Shown here one piece after another: positions 30,400 through 39,880 of a stretch of 64,000 nt of DNA. Every line of letters starts with the position of its first letter. Position 1 is the stretch's first letter. This DNA comes from Candidatus Eiseniibacteriota bacterium (lineage in GTDB: Bacteria; Eisenbacteria; RBG-16-71-46; CAIMUX01; VGJL01), in NCBI GenBank assembly GCA_963792585.1, contig CAWBWI010000003.1, forward strand, positions 864,001 through 928,000, given 5' to 3'. The position numbers and the translations under genes are program-made. The notes under the pieces were generated by a model, which did no database searches, had not been told where the DNA came from, and saw nothing but the letters and a program-made list of their open reading frames with translations.

Positions 30400-30845
30400 C
30401 GGTTCCCTCCGACGGCTCTCCGGTGGTGGGAGATGGCGTCGAGCTGGCTCTGCTCGAGCCTCGAGCTCTCCACGGACCACTCTTCATGCCGTTTCTCGCG
30501 AAGCCGTTCGACGACGCGACGATCCTTGCGCGCCTCGTGGAACATCTCCTGCTCCACCCGGACGACCTCCTCCGCGCTCTGGTGCGACGTCTCGGCCACC
30601 TCGACCTCTCCGGCCGCGGCATTGATCGTCAGGCCGAGATTCTGCATCGTGCCCGCGGTCGTGACGATCGCGCCTGCGCCCGCGATCTGCAGGGCGCAAC
30701 GGTCGAGCCGCGCCTCGGCCTCCTCGAGCGACCGCCGCCGCACGATTTCCGCGAGCATCGCGTCCCGAAGCAGACGGGCCCGCTCCTTCTCGGTCTTGGC
30801 GCGGAGATCGAGGATCCGATCGAGACGGAACTGGAATCCCTTCAT
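30396..30845 (-). CDS. fliJ: flagellar export chaperone FliJ
   Basis: MKGFQFRLDRILDLR...E; ARKDRRVVERLREK; EQSQLD. Confidence 0.9.
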   Translation of the reverse strand: MKGFQFRLDRILDLRAKTEKERARLLRDAMLAEIVRRRSLEEAEARLDRCALQIAGAGAIVTTAGTMQNLGLTINAAAGEVEVAETSHQSAEEVVRVEQEMFHEARKDRRVVERLREKRHEEWSVESSRLEQSQLDAISHHRRAVGGNR

Positions 30846-32213
30846 GCTGCGACTCCCTGGAGGTGTGCCCGGATCCGATCGGCGAGGGTGAGGACCTGCT
30901 TCTGGATTTCGTCCTGCTTCGGAAGATCACCGGCCGACTGGCAGAGGAACGCGCGGATCGGCTCGCGCAACGCGATCGCCGCGTCAACTTGCGGATCGGC
31001 TCCGGTGCGGTACGCGCCGACGGCGATCAGGTCCTCGTGAGCGTGATAGGCGGCCTCGACGCGCAGCACGATGTCCGCAGCCTCGAGCATTTCGGGGGAG
31101 ACCACCGCGTCCCGAACACGGCTCACGCTCTGGAGGACGTCGATCGCCGGGAAGTGCTTCACATTCGCGAGATGGCGGGAAAGGACGATGTGCCCGTCCA
31201 GGATCGAGCGGGTCGCATCGGCCACCGGTTCGTTGAAATCGTCCCCCTCGACGAGGACCGTGTAGAGGCCGGTGATGCTCCCGACCCGGGCCGTTCCCGC
31301 CCGCTCGAGCAGGCGCGGAAGGGCCGCGAATACCGAAGGCGGGTATCCCTTGGTGGTGGGCGGCTCGCCCACGGCGAGTCCGATCTCGCGCCACGCCATG
31401 GCGACGCGGGTGATCGAGTCCATCATGAGGAGAACGTTGCGCCCGGTGTCGCGGAAGTGCTCGGCGATCGTGGTCGCTACGAGCGCGCCGGTCGCACGGA
31501 CCACGGCCGCCTGGTCGCTCGTTGCGACGACCACGACCGAGCGGCGCAGTCCCTCGGGTCCGAGGTCTCGCTCGATGAACTCTCGGACCTCGCGGCCTCG
31601 CTCTCCGAGCAGCGCGATCACGTTGACGTCGGCGGTCGTGTTGCGCGCGATCATTCCGAGCAAGCACGCTCTTGCCGACGCCGCTGCCAGCCATGATGCC
31701 GATCCGTTGTCCTTGGCCGAGCGTGATGAGCCCGTCGATCGCGCGCACGCCGGTCCCGATCGGGTCGCGGATCCGCGCCCGCTCGAGCGGGTTCGGAAGG
31801 ACGCCGGTGAGAGGGCGGCGTCGCGTGAAGCGGAAGGGGCGCCCGTTGTCGATGGGCTTGCCCAGGCCGCTCAGCACGCGGCCGATCAACTCCTCTCCCG
31901 CCTTCGCGTAGAAGGGACGGTCCATCGGGATCACGACCGCGCCGGGACGGACCCCCTCGATATCCCCCAGCGGCATCAAGAGCACGCCGCGCTCGTGGAA
32001 GCCGACCGTCTGCGCGAGGATCCCCGTCCGATCATCCGGCGCGATGCGGCAGACCTCGCCCACGGCGATCGGCATCGAAGAGACTTCCACGACGGAACCG
32101 ATGACCCGTGTGACCCTGCCGCAGATCGCGAATCGGGGGAGGGCTTCGACGCGGCCGACGGCTTCGTCGACCCATCCGACCGATGGCGCGTCACTCGACA
32201 TGAAGACGCTCAT
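30842..32213 (-). CDS. fliI: flagellar export ATPase FliI (one frameshift near 31665)
   Basis: GQRIGIMAGSGVGKS Walker A, GERGREV, DSITR, GEPPTTKGYPPS, ILDGHIVLSR. Confidence 0.95.
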
Positions 32214-32868
32214 AGAGGTTCTGGAGGGCCACGTCGAGGCGGCCGTCCACGATCCTGAGGGGGCTCTCGAGGAGGAAGCTCCCCGGCCCGATCGCCGGGT
32301 CCGAGACCCATTCGACCGCCGACTTGCGCCCCTGCCCGTGGAGCCTCTCGAGATCCGCGGCGAAGGAGTCGAAGTCCGCGGGGCTCAGTCGGACTTCGAA
32401 CGGGGTATCGAGCGGCATGAGGTTGAGCGCCTGCTCGACGAGGGACCGGGCCACGGAGGGATCGGTCGCCATCTCCTTCTGAACGAGCTTTCGCGCGACG
32501 GCGACGGCAATCGCGTAGACGCATCTAGCGTGGTCGGGACCGAGTTCCTTGCGGGCGAGTTCGAGCGCGTCGATCGCTTGCTCGAGCGCCGTCACGAGCG
32601 GCTGCAATTGCTCCCGCGCTTTCGCACGGCCGTCCAGAAGGCCGTCCGCGTATCCGTTGCGGTAGCGCTCGTCGGTTTTCGGATCGGGTGGTGGGGGCAG
32701 GCCGTAGCGAGCGGGCGCCCCCGGCAGGCCGCCGAGATCAGGCAGGATCAAACCGCCGTCGGCCGCGGCCGATGGGAGGGGCACCCCGCGGGCGGCGCCC
32801 GCGGGATCGATCTCTCCCAGGTCGGGCAGGGACCAGGCGTCCGACGACTCAGACAATGATCGCATCAT
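32191..32868 (-). CDS. fliH: flagellar assembly protein FliH
   Basis: GYADGLLDG GxxxG repeats, VARKLV..E, DPAIGPG...ESP..IVDGRL. Confidence 0.85.
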   Translation of the reverse strand: MMRSLSESSDAWSLPDLGEIDPAGAARGVPLPSAAADGGLILPDLGGLPGAPARYGLPPPPDPKTDERYRNGYADGLLDGRAKAREQLQPLVTALEQAIDALELARKELGPDHARCVYAIAVAVARKLVQKEMATDPSVARSLVEQALNLMPLDTPFEVRLSPADFDSFAADLERLHGQGRKSAVEWVSDPAIGPGSFLLESPLRIVDGRLDVALQNLYERLHVE

Positions 32869-33880
32869 CTCCGCCTTCGCGACGGATCAAGATCTCGCCT
32901 GCCTGCTCGAGGAGCCGCGCCGTTTCGGTGATGCGCGCGTGCGCGCCCTCGACATCCTTCACACGCACGGCGCCGAGGAGCTCGATCTCCTCCTCGAGGG
33001 CGGCGGCCGCGCGCTCCGACATGTTCGACTTGATGTGACGCTTCAGCTCCTCGCTGGCCGCCTTCAGCGCCAGGGCGAGTTCCTTCGTCTCGATCTCACG
33101 GAGGATCTGCTGGATTCCCTTACCGTCGATCAGAAGGAGGTCCTCGAAGACGAACATCAAAGCGCGAACCTGCGTGGCCAGCTCGGCACTGCGCCCCGTC
33201 AGCATCTTGAGCAGATGCTCCTGGAGCGTGCTCGTCGTCTGGTTGAGGATCTTCGCGACCGCGAGGGGACCTCCGCTGACGGTCATCTCCTGCGTGAGTT
33301 GAAGCTCCGCGCGGTTGTCCAGCCCGGCCGACACCAGTTCGAGGACGTCGGGGGAGACCTTCTCCATCCGCCCGAGCCTGAAGAGCAGCTCCGCGACCAG
33401 TTCCTGATCCATTTCCCCGAGGATGGCCGAAGCCTGCGCCATATCGAGGTGGGACAGGATCAGCGAACTCGTCTGTGGATGCTCGTTACGCAGAATCCCC
33501 GCGAGAACTTCGGGCGCCGACTTGCGAAGCTTGACCAGCCCGCTGTCGATTCTCTGGAGCTGCACCTTCTCCAGGATCACTCCCCCGCGTGCCGCGCCCA
33601 GGGCTTGCTCGAGAATCTGCTGCGCATAGACCACGCCGCCGGAGGCAACCGAAGCCGAGCTGCGCGCGGTGTCCTGGAATTCGAGGAGCACCGACCGCGC
33701 GACGTCGGGCGGCACGGCGGGCATCGAGACGACCTCGCGCGCGACCAGTTCGACTTCCTCGGGCTGCATGTGCTTCAGGATCTTTCCGGCCTCTTTCGCG
33801 CCGATCGCCATGCAGAGGATCGCGCACTTCTGCGCCCCGGTGAGCGACTCCTTCGTCATCATGGTTCCGGCCGGGGGCAT
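32849..33880 (-). CDS. fliG: flagellar motor switch protein FliG
   Basis: TGAQKCAIL, EHPQT, GG hinge, MFVFEDL, NMSERAA. Confidence 0.96.
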   Translation of the reverse strand: MPPAGTMMTKESLTGAQKCAILCMAIGAKEAGKILKHMQPEEVELVAREVVSMPAVPPDVARSVLLEFQDTARSSASVASGGVVYAQQILEQALGAARGGVILEKVQLQRIDSGLVKLRKSAPEVLAGILRNEHPQTSSLILSHLDMAQASAILGEMDQELVAELLFRLGRMEKVSPDVLELVSAGLDNRAELQLTQEMTVSGGPLAVAKILNQTTSTLQEHLLKMLTGRSAELATQVRALMFVFEDLLLIDGKGIQQILREIETKELALALKAASEELKRHIKSNMSERAAAALEEEIELLGAVRVKDVEGAHARITETARLLEQAGEILIRREGGDDAIIV

Positions 33881-35385
33881 CAGGCGGACCTCGTCAGCCA
33901 GTCACGCAGGACCTGCGCGGTCTGTTCAGGGCGCATGTTCGCATCGATCGTGATCGGCGGTGGCGGCGGGGGTGGCGGTGGCGCCTCCACCGGCGCCGGA
34001 CCGGAGACGGCGGTCATCTGCGCGGACCGCGGGGAATCCTGTGAGAACAGGGAAGCGGAAATGGGGGCCGCACCGCCGACGGGGGTTTTCAGCGCCCGCA
34101 GGGCGAGGATCAACAGGGCCACGACGGCGATCACGCCGACCACGATGCGGCCCACCCGCTCGACGATGTACATGATGTCGGGCTTCGGCTTGCCCGCGGT
34201 GGGATTCTCCCCGGTTTCCTCGACCAGTGGTGTCACCGCCTCGAACGGAACGGCGAGCACGCTCAAACGATCACCCCGCGTGCTGTCGGCGCCGATCGCA
34301 TTCCAAACCATCGCGCGGACGCGGGTGAGATCTATCGGCCCGGAGGTTCCTTCGCCTCCGGAGACCGACTTCTCGTCGATCAGAATCGCGGCGGCCAGCC
34401 GCGTGACCCTGCCCACGGAGCCCACGCTCTTCTCGACCCTCCGCGATGTCTGGTAGTTGTTGTTGATGACCACCTGGCCGCCCGTCTCGCCGGCGGCGCC
34501 CGGCTCGGTTTCGCTCCGCTGCTCGGAGGAGAGGACCTGGGTGTCCGGATCGAAGGTCTCGACCGTCCGGTCGATCTGTTCGAAGTCGAGGGTGGCGGAG
34601 ATCTGCGCGCGCGCTCGCCCGAGCCCGACGACCGGCTCGAGCAGGTCGACGACCTTTGCGCCGAGGTTCTGTTCGATAGACCTCTGGATATCCAGTTGCC
34701 AGCTCGTCATTCCCGCCATCGAGCCGCTTCCCGCGGGCACGGAGAGCACGCGTCCGGTGTCGTCCATGACGGCGATGTTGTCGCTCGAGAGCCGCTCGAC
34801 GCTGTTGCTGACGATGAAGGTGATTCCCTGGATCGTCTCCCGCGAGAGGTTTACCCCCGCGCCGAGGGTCAGAACCACGGATGCGCTCGCCGCCCGATCG
34901 AGTTTCCGCAGGGGACTGGCGGTCGGCAGAGCGAGGTGCACCTGCGCCCTCTCGACGCCGTGGATGCCCTGGATCGTTCGCGCCAGTTCACCCTCGAGGG
35001 CGCGCTGGTAAGTGATCCGCTGGGTGAACTCGGTCATGCCCCAGGACGGCTTGTCGAACAGCTCGAGACCGGGCCGCCCGTTGCTCGGCAGTCCGTCCTT
35101 CGCGAGCGCGACGCGCGCGCGCGCGAGCTCTTCCACCGGCACCTGAATCTCGCTGCCGCCCGCGCCGAGGCGGTGAGGGATGCCGGCCTTCGTCAGGCGT
35201 TGATCGACGACACCCGCCTGGCTCAGGTCCATGTCCCGCACGAGGGAGACGTAGTTCGGGGTGGAAGCCCAGCGGCTTACGCCCCAAACGCCGAGCGCGA
35301 CGACGGCCGCCACGGCGATCATGACGAAACGGCGAGAAGCGCCTCCTGGCGCAGCCGGAAACAACGCTAAGGGTGTTCGACTCAT
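33880..35385 (-). CDS. fliF: MS-ring protein FliF
   Basis: GLELFDK..WGMTEF...YQRALEGELARTI, ASASV, two TMs. Confidence 0.95.
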   Translation of the reverse strand: MSRTPLALFPAAPGGASRRFVMIAVAAVVALGVWGVSRWASTPNYVSLVRDMDLSQAGVVDQRLTKAGIPHRLGAGGSEIQVPVEELARARVALAKDGLPSNGRPGLELFDKPSWGMTEFTQRITYQRALEGELARTIQGIHGVERAQVHLALPTASPLRKLDRAASASVVLTLGAGVNLSRETIQGITFIVSNSVERLSSDNIAVMDDTGRVLSVPAGSGSMAGMTSWQLDIQRSIEQNLGAKVVDLLEPVVGLGRARAQISATLDFEQIDRTVETFDPDTQVLSSEQRSETEPGAAGETGGQVVINNNYQTSRRVEKSVGSVGRVTRLAAAILIDEKSVSGGEGTSGPIDLTRVRAMVWNAIGADSTRGDRLSVLAVPFEAVTPLVEETGENPTAGKPKPDIMYIVERVGRIVVGVIAVVALLILALRALKTPVGGAAPISASLFSQDSPRSAQMTAVSGPAPVEAPPPPPPPPPITIDANMRPEQTAQVLRDWLTRSA

Positions 35386-35408
35386 GATCCCCTGTCGTCA
35401 GGCGCCGA

Positions 35409-35708
35409 TCACTGGACGTTCATCACGGACCGGTACGCCTCGGTCAGTTTGTTTCGGATTTCCACCAGCAGTTCGAGAGAGATCGAAGCTTCCTCGCTGG
35501 CTGCCATCACCTGGTGCAGTTCTACCGGTTCGCCCCGCAGGAACGCCTGGATCAGATCGCCCGCGTTCTTCTGTAGGTCGGACGCGTCGCCGAGGGCGCT
35601 CTTGAAGAGGTCGCCGAAGGACGGCGCGTCCTGCGAGGGCGCGAAGATCTGCTCGGGCGCCTCATAGGGGCGCAGCGTCGGGCCGTCGATTCGAATCGGT
35701 GAGGTCAT
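35409..35708 (-). CDS. fliE: hook-basal body protein FliE
   Basis: LHQVMAA.EEASISLEL.VEIRNKL.EAYR.VMN.Q. Confidence 0.95.
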   Translation of the reverse strand: MTSPIRIDGPTLRPYEAPEQIFAPSQDAPSFGDLFKSALGDASDLQKNAGDLIQAFLRGEPVELHQVMAASEEASISLELLVEIRNKLTEAYRSVMNVQ

Positions 35709-35712
35709 GGCA

Positions 35713-35988
35713 TCAACCCCGCACGTCGAGTCGCCGGCCGGTCGGCGCGTCCACGGGTTCCCGGTCCGCTCCCCCTTCGCGGTAGGTCAGAGGTCCGAGC
35801 GCCATCTGCTGCTCGAAGAAGGCCCTCTCCTCGGGTGTGAGGATTTCGATGAGGGAGGACTCCGCGCCGGCGGGCTCGCTTGCGACCTCGGAAGCCCCGG
35901 ATATCTTGCGATACTCGGCGGCAGCCTGCGCGGCGGCTTGCGGAATCCGCACGGGCGACGGAGGGAATGCGGAGACGTTCATCGACAC
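35713..35988 (-). CDS. small hypothetical protein between flgC and fliE
   Basis: Fills the gap with 9- and 4-nt spacers; GGAG RBS; motifs ILTPEERAFF and GRRLDVRG. Confidence 0.65.
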   Translation of the reverse strand: MSMNVSAFPPSPVRIPQAAAQAAAEYRKISGASEVASEPAGAESSLIEILTPEERAFFEQQMALGPLTYREGGADREPVDAPTGRRLDVRG

Positions 35989-35997
35989 CGGTTGCTC

Positions 35998-36423
35998 CTA
36001 GATCTCCAGAGCACGTCGCAGCATGCTCTTGGCTGCCTGAAAGACGGTGGCGTTCGCTTCGTGGATCCGGCGGGCGATCATCAGGTCGACGATCTCTGTG
36101 TTGGTGTCCACGTTCGGATACTCGACGAAGCCCTCGGCGTTGGCGTCGGGATGGCCGGGGTCGTAGACGAGGCGCCCGGAGTTCGGATCGGAGACGACGC
36201 GGGTCTCCATGTCGCCGGCGCGCGTGCCGCCCTCTACGACCGCGATCTGACGTCGATACGCGCCGCCCTCGGTCGTGCGGGTCGTCTGTGCGTTCGCGAT
36301 GTTCGCGGCGATGATCTCCAGGAATTTCTGCTGCACGGCCATGCCTTCCGCGCTTGTCGCCAGCGAAGGCATCAACGCGCGGACCCTTCGTCCGACCGCG
36401 GAGGTGACGAGGGGATCAGCCAC
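35998..36423 (-). CDS. flgC: proximal rod protein FlgC
   Basis: IAANIANAQTT, YDPGHPDAN.EG.V.YPNV, EAN. Confidence 0.95.
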   Translation of the reverse strand: MADPLVTSAVGRRVRALMPSLATSAEGMAVQQKFLEIIAANIANAQTTRTTEGGAYRRQIAVVEGGTRAGDMETRVVSDPNSGRLVYDPGHPDANAEGFVEYPNVDTNTEIVDLMIARRIHEANATVFQAAKSMLRRALEI

Positions 36424-36712
36424 GTTCGCGCAGAGCCGCCCGGAGCCCCGCGTAGGCTCCCTGGAGCAACTTCGCCTCCGCCTCGTAGCGGATCTCGGTG
36501 TCCGCCAGGGCCGTCATGTCACGCTGGAGGTTGGCCTCCTGCGAGGCCTTGGCCTGCTTCGCCTTCAGCGTGTCCTCGAAGCTCATCCGGCTGCTCGAGG
36601 TCGCCGCGCCCGCCACGCGGGCGGCGATCGCGCGATGCGCGGCCATCGCGTCCTCGAGACCACCGCGCAGGGCGCTCGTGATCGACGAGGAACCGAATAG
36701 ACCTTTGATCAT
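36416..36712 (-). CDS. flgB: proximal rod protein FlgB (short, divergent)
   Basis: HRAIAARVAGA, NLQRDMTALADTEIRY. First gene before flgC; GGGAGG RBS. Confidence 0.75.
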   Translation of the reverse strand: MIKGLFGSSSITSALRGGLEDAMAAHRAIAARVAGAATSSSRMSFEDTLKAKQAKASQEANLQRDMTALADTEIRYEAEAKLLQGAYAGLRAALRERG

Positions 36713-36749
36713 GCGTCCTCCCTTGGGCCCACGAACCCGCCGCCTTGCA

Positions 36750-36765
36750 AGCAACTTCCATACCA
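36750..36765 (-). promoter_or_regulatory. sigma54 -24/-12 promoter of the flgB operon
   Basis: Minus strand TGGTAT-GGAAG-TTGCT. Confidence 0.8.
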
Positions 36766-36948
36766 CACTCTCGTGGACCGCAACGGACCAGCCTCCTGCT
36801 GCCGGAGGACCAAGATTGAAGCCGAGTTACGGGACGCGACGGTGGAGTGGTCGGCGGGACGGCTCCTGCGATGGAGGGGGCGAAGAGGAAGGAACTGCCG
36901 GTCGGCGTCGGTCACACCTGCCGGACCGGGGGCCGTATCGAGAAATGC

Positions 36949-37491
36949 CTAGGCGGCCTTCCGCTCCTCATCGACAGGGGGGGAGGCCTCCGTTTTCGGG
37001 GCGGATTCAGGGGCCGATTGTGCGGGCGCACCGGAAGCCGAGTCGCCAATCATCCGCTCGCCTGGAGTCGGGAGGGCGGAGGCAAGCCGCTCCTCTCGCC
37101 CGGTGACCGCGGCGCCCTCCGGAGAAGCCGCCGCGCGGCTCAGACGTTCGATCTTGATGCGGAGTTGCTCGGCCACGAAGGGCTTCAACATGTACTCCGA
37201 GACCCCCGCCTGACGGGCCGCGATGACGTCGTCCTTCGAGTTGCGGTCCGTCACCATCAGGATCGGGATGTCGGCGGTGTCCGGGTTCGCCCGTAACTGC
37301 TTGGCCAGCTCGACCCCATCGACGCCGTCTGCAGTCCAGGAAGTGATCAGCAGCGACACGCTCGGGTCACAGGCTTCGAGCGCCTGCTTCCCGTCAGGGG
37401 CGTCGACGATGTCTTCGATTCCAAAGCGGTGGAGGGTGTTGCGGAGGATTCGGCGCATCGAGGCGGACGGATCGGCGATGACACAGCGCAT
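36949..37491 (-). CDS. CheY-like receiver protein lacking the phosphoacceptor Asp, with low-complexity C-terminal tail
   Basis: CheY-like SMRRILRNTL, IPILMVT and YMLKPF, but LLITSW where LIITDW is expected. Confidence 0.8.
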   Translation of the reverse strand: MRCVIADPSASMRRILRNTLHRFGIEDIVDAPDGKQALEACDPSVSLLITSWTADGVDGVELAKQLRANPDTADIPILMVTDRNSKDDVIAARQAGVSEYMLKPFVAEQLRIKIERLSRAAASPEGAAVTGREERLASALPTPGERMIGDSASGAPAQSAPESAPKTEASPPVDEERKAA

Positions 37492-37497
37492 GGACGG

Positions 37498-37824
37498 CTA
37501 CTCGGAATGCGTTTCCAGATCAACCACCAGGCGGCGGAGAACCTCGCCTCGGACCTCCGGGCGCCGGTAAAATCCCTGTGCGATTCGATCGAGAATCTCT
37601 CGCTGCCGCTCCTGCGTGAGTCCCGGCTCGCCGGCGTCGATCGGCTCGATCGATGCGCTGAACTCCCTCGCCGCCTCTGAGATCTCGACCGCATCCTTCT
37701 GCGCCCCTACCGGTTGCGCGTCTCGACGCTCCGGCGGCCGCGCGATCGGCTCGGGGGCGGTCCGGCGAAGCCGGCCGGCACCGGGCCGCGAGGTCGGATC
37801 GGGCTGGGTCGGGTTTACGTTCAT
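37498..37824 (-). CDS. flgM: anti-sigma28 factor FlgM-like
   Basis: KDAVEISEAAR and REILDRIAQGFY motifs; preceded by a sigma28 promoter. Confidence 0.65.
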   Translation of the reverse strand: MNVNPTQPDPTSRPGAGRLRRTAPEPIARPPERRDAQPVGAQKDAVEISEAAREFSASIEPIDAGEPGLTQERQREILDRIAQGFYRRPEVRGEVLRRLVVDLETHSE

Positions 37825-37923
37825 CGGTCCTCTCCCGGCGTCGCCATGCGACGCTCCAGGCGTTTCGTTGAGGCCGCTGCCGATGCCTTCCTGGCCTCGT
37901 GCGCATGGTCGGCCCCACTCGTA

Positions 37924-37950
37924 TTCTCGGTCCCCCGAAGGGAAACTTTA
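37924..37950 (-). promoter_or_regulatory. sigma28-type promoter for the flgM-like/cheY-like genes
   Basis: Minus strand TAAAGTTT-N11-ACCGAGAA. Confidence 0.7.
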
Positions 37951-38033
37951 GGCCCGCGCGCGGATGCGTCGATCGAACCCCGCCCACGGGATCGCCCGGG
38001 AAGGATCGCCGCTCCCGGGCTGGGGAAAAGCGC

Positions 38034-38411
38034 TCATGCCGGCGAGGAGGCCAATCCCGCGGCGATGTGGCGGTTGATGTCGATCAGGGCCTGGATCTTG
38101 GAGGACACCGGCTCCGCCAGCACCTCAAACGTCCGCTGGTCCACGAAGGCGCTCAGTTTCAGAAGGTCCAGGCGAAGATCGGCCGGCAACTCGTGATTCT
38201 CCTGCGCCAGCTCGGACTGAAACAGCGTCCAGAGGTGCAGGTTCGAGCGAAGCGCCGCGACCAGGTGCTCGCTCCGGACGGGGTCGGCCCCGGCGTCCCG
38301 ATACGTCTCCAGCATCCGCGCGATCTTGAATAGCGCGCCAGCTTCGAGCTTGCGATTCGAGTCGGTCGCCTTGCCGTTGGACTCATAGACCTGTTGTGCG
38401 TTCGTGTACAT
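38034..38411 (-). CDS. flaF: flagellar biosynthesis regulator FlaF
   Basis: RKLEAGAL..IAR.L, AL..N..LWT.F..EL....ELP..LR..LL.LS.FV, LIDINR.IA.GL. Confidence 0.88.
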   Translation of the reverse strand: MYTNAQQVYESNGKATDSNRKLEAGALFKIARMLETYRDAGADPVRSEHLVAALRSNLHLWTLFQSELAQENHELPADLRLDLLKLSAFVDQRTFEVLAEPVSSKIQALIDINRHIAAGLASSPA

Positions 38412-38790
38412 GCGTCAGCAACTCCCTTTCGTGCGCCAGGAGAGCCCGGGCGACCTTGATGGCGTGGTACAGCTTGCCGGCCACCGCGAGAGAGTCGATT
38501 TCTTCCGCAAGTGGCCGGCAGCTGGGTGCAACCTGGAGCAGTTCCTCGATGAGCCCGCGGCACGTGGTCAGGTGCTGTTGAGCCCGCTCGGGGTCGACGT
38601 ACATGAGTTGTAGAGCCAAGTAGATCCGCTCGGATGGCGTCCGAACCATGCTGGGACTCAAGATGTCGGATTCGCGCAGAACGGGAACTTCGTTTTCGAT
38701 GCGAAGCTCGGTGCGACTGTCCCCGTTCCGAATCACTGCGCCACTGATGATGACGCGCTCGTTCGGTTTCAACGTCAATTGGAGCGCCAT
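38383..38790 (-). CDS. flbT: flagellin post-transcriptional regulator FlbT
   Basis: MALQLTLKPNERVIISGAVIRNGD, VLRESDIL, TP..RIY..LQLMY, Y.A.K.AR.L..HE. Confidence 0.9.
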   Translation of the reverse strand: MALQLTLKPNERVIISGAVIRNGDSRTELRIENEVPVLRESDILSPSMVRTPSERIYLALQLMYVDPERAQQHLTTCRGLIEELLQVAPSCRPLAEEIDSLAVAGKLYHAIKVARALLAHERELLTHVHERTTGL

Positions 38791-38925
38791 TGGGATCCTC
38801 CGCGTCTCTACTTCCTCAGGCCCCGGGTGGGGCCACGTCCGTGGGGTCCGCTCCCGCGTCGGCCGCGGACCCGCCCGGGGCCGACAGGCTAGGCGCCTGC
38901 CGGCTCTCCGGTGTGTCCGCTCCGA

Positions 38926-39738
38926 TTAGAAAAGCTTCAGGATGCTTTGCTGGGTCTGCGACGTGAGCGACAGCGCGGTGATACCGAGCTGCTGCCTGGT
39001 CTGGAGCGCCAGCAGGTTTGCGCCCTCCTCATTCTGGTCTGCGGCCGTCAAGAGGTCGGCGCCGCCGGTCAGAGTGTTGATGAGGTTGACGGTGAACTCC
39101 TGGCGCGTGGTCACGACGCTCAGGTTCGCGGCCAAGCTCTTGGCGTTGGTCCGAAGCGTCACGAGGGCCGCGTCCAGGTCGGTCGTGGCCGCGTCGATGT
39201 CGGTGTCCGCAGCCCAGGCGTTCGCGGCGCCGGAGATGGACAGACCGGTCGACGTGCCGTCGAAACCGGTGATAGTCAGGGTCGAGGTGCCGTCCTCGTT
39301 GAACGTCACCGTCAGCGTGTCGCTGTCCAGCAGGTTGCGGCCACGATAGATCGCGTCTCCGGCCAGCTCGTCGATCTGGGTGAGCAATTCGTCGTACTGG
39401 GTCGAGAGAGCGGTCCGCTCGGCCGACGTCCCGCCACGGGCGGACTCGGCGATACCCTTCGCCTGCTGAATCAAACTCGTGATGGCGTCGATACCTTCCG
39501 TCGCCGTCCTCACCGTCTGGATCGCCTCGGCCATCATGTCCTTGCGCGCGGCAAGGTCGCTGGCCCGGCTCATGTGGTTCTGGGCGGCGAAGTAAGCGGA
39601 CGGGTCGTCGACCGCGCTGTTGACGCGCTTGCCGGTCGACAAGCGCTCCGTCGTCCTTGCCTGGAGGGCGGCGAACATCTGCAGGCTCGTGAGAGCCGAA
39701 CGCATCCCGCCGGCCAAGGTGATGTCATTGATCGACAT
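38926..39738 (-). CDS. fliC: flagellin, 270 aa, alphaproteobacterial-type termini
   Basis: ITLAGGMRSAL.SLQ...ERLSTGKRVNSAVDDPSAYFAA; ADQNEEGANLLALQTRQQLGITALSL..QQSILKLF. Confidence 0.93.
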   Translation of the reverse strand: MSINDITLAGGMRSALTSLQMFAALQARTTERLSTGKRVNSAVDDPSAYFAAQNHMSRASDLAARKDMMAEAIQTVRTATEGIDAITSLIQQAKGIAESARGGTSAERTALSTQYDELLTQIDELAGDAIYRGRNLLDSDTLTVTFNEDGTSTLTITGFDGTSTGLSISGAANAWAADTDIDAATTDLDAALVTLRTNAKSLAANLSVVTTRQEFTVNLINTLTGGADLLTAADQNEEGANLLALQTRQQLGITALSLTSQTQQSILKLF

Positions 39739-39819
39739 GGCTTGATACCCCTTTCTGGGTGTCCCGATGTCCATCCCGGGCATTCTGCCCGGGCGCCGAC
39801 CGTGCGCCGGCTTCGGAAA

Positions 39820-39846
39820 GTCTCGGAGGGACCCGACAGGACTTGA
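39820..39846 (-). promoter_or_regulatory. sigma28-type promoter for flagellin-flbT-flaF
   Basis: Minus strand TCAA-N15-TCCGAGAC. Confidence 0.6.
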
Positions 39847-39880
39847 GAGGGGTCCGCCGAGTTTTCGAGGTTCATCCGGC

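Noticed and set aside
18979..35385. Non-flagellar type III injectisome
   Set aside because: Rod, hook, ring, stator and flagellin genes are present, and there is no secretin or needle gene.
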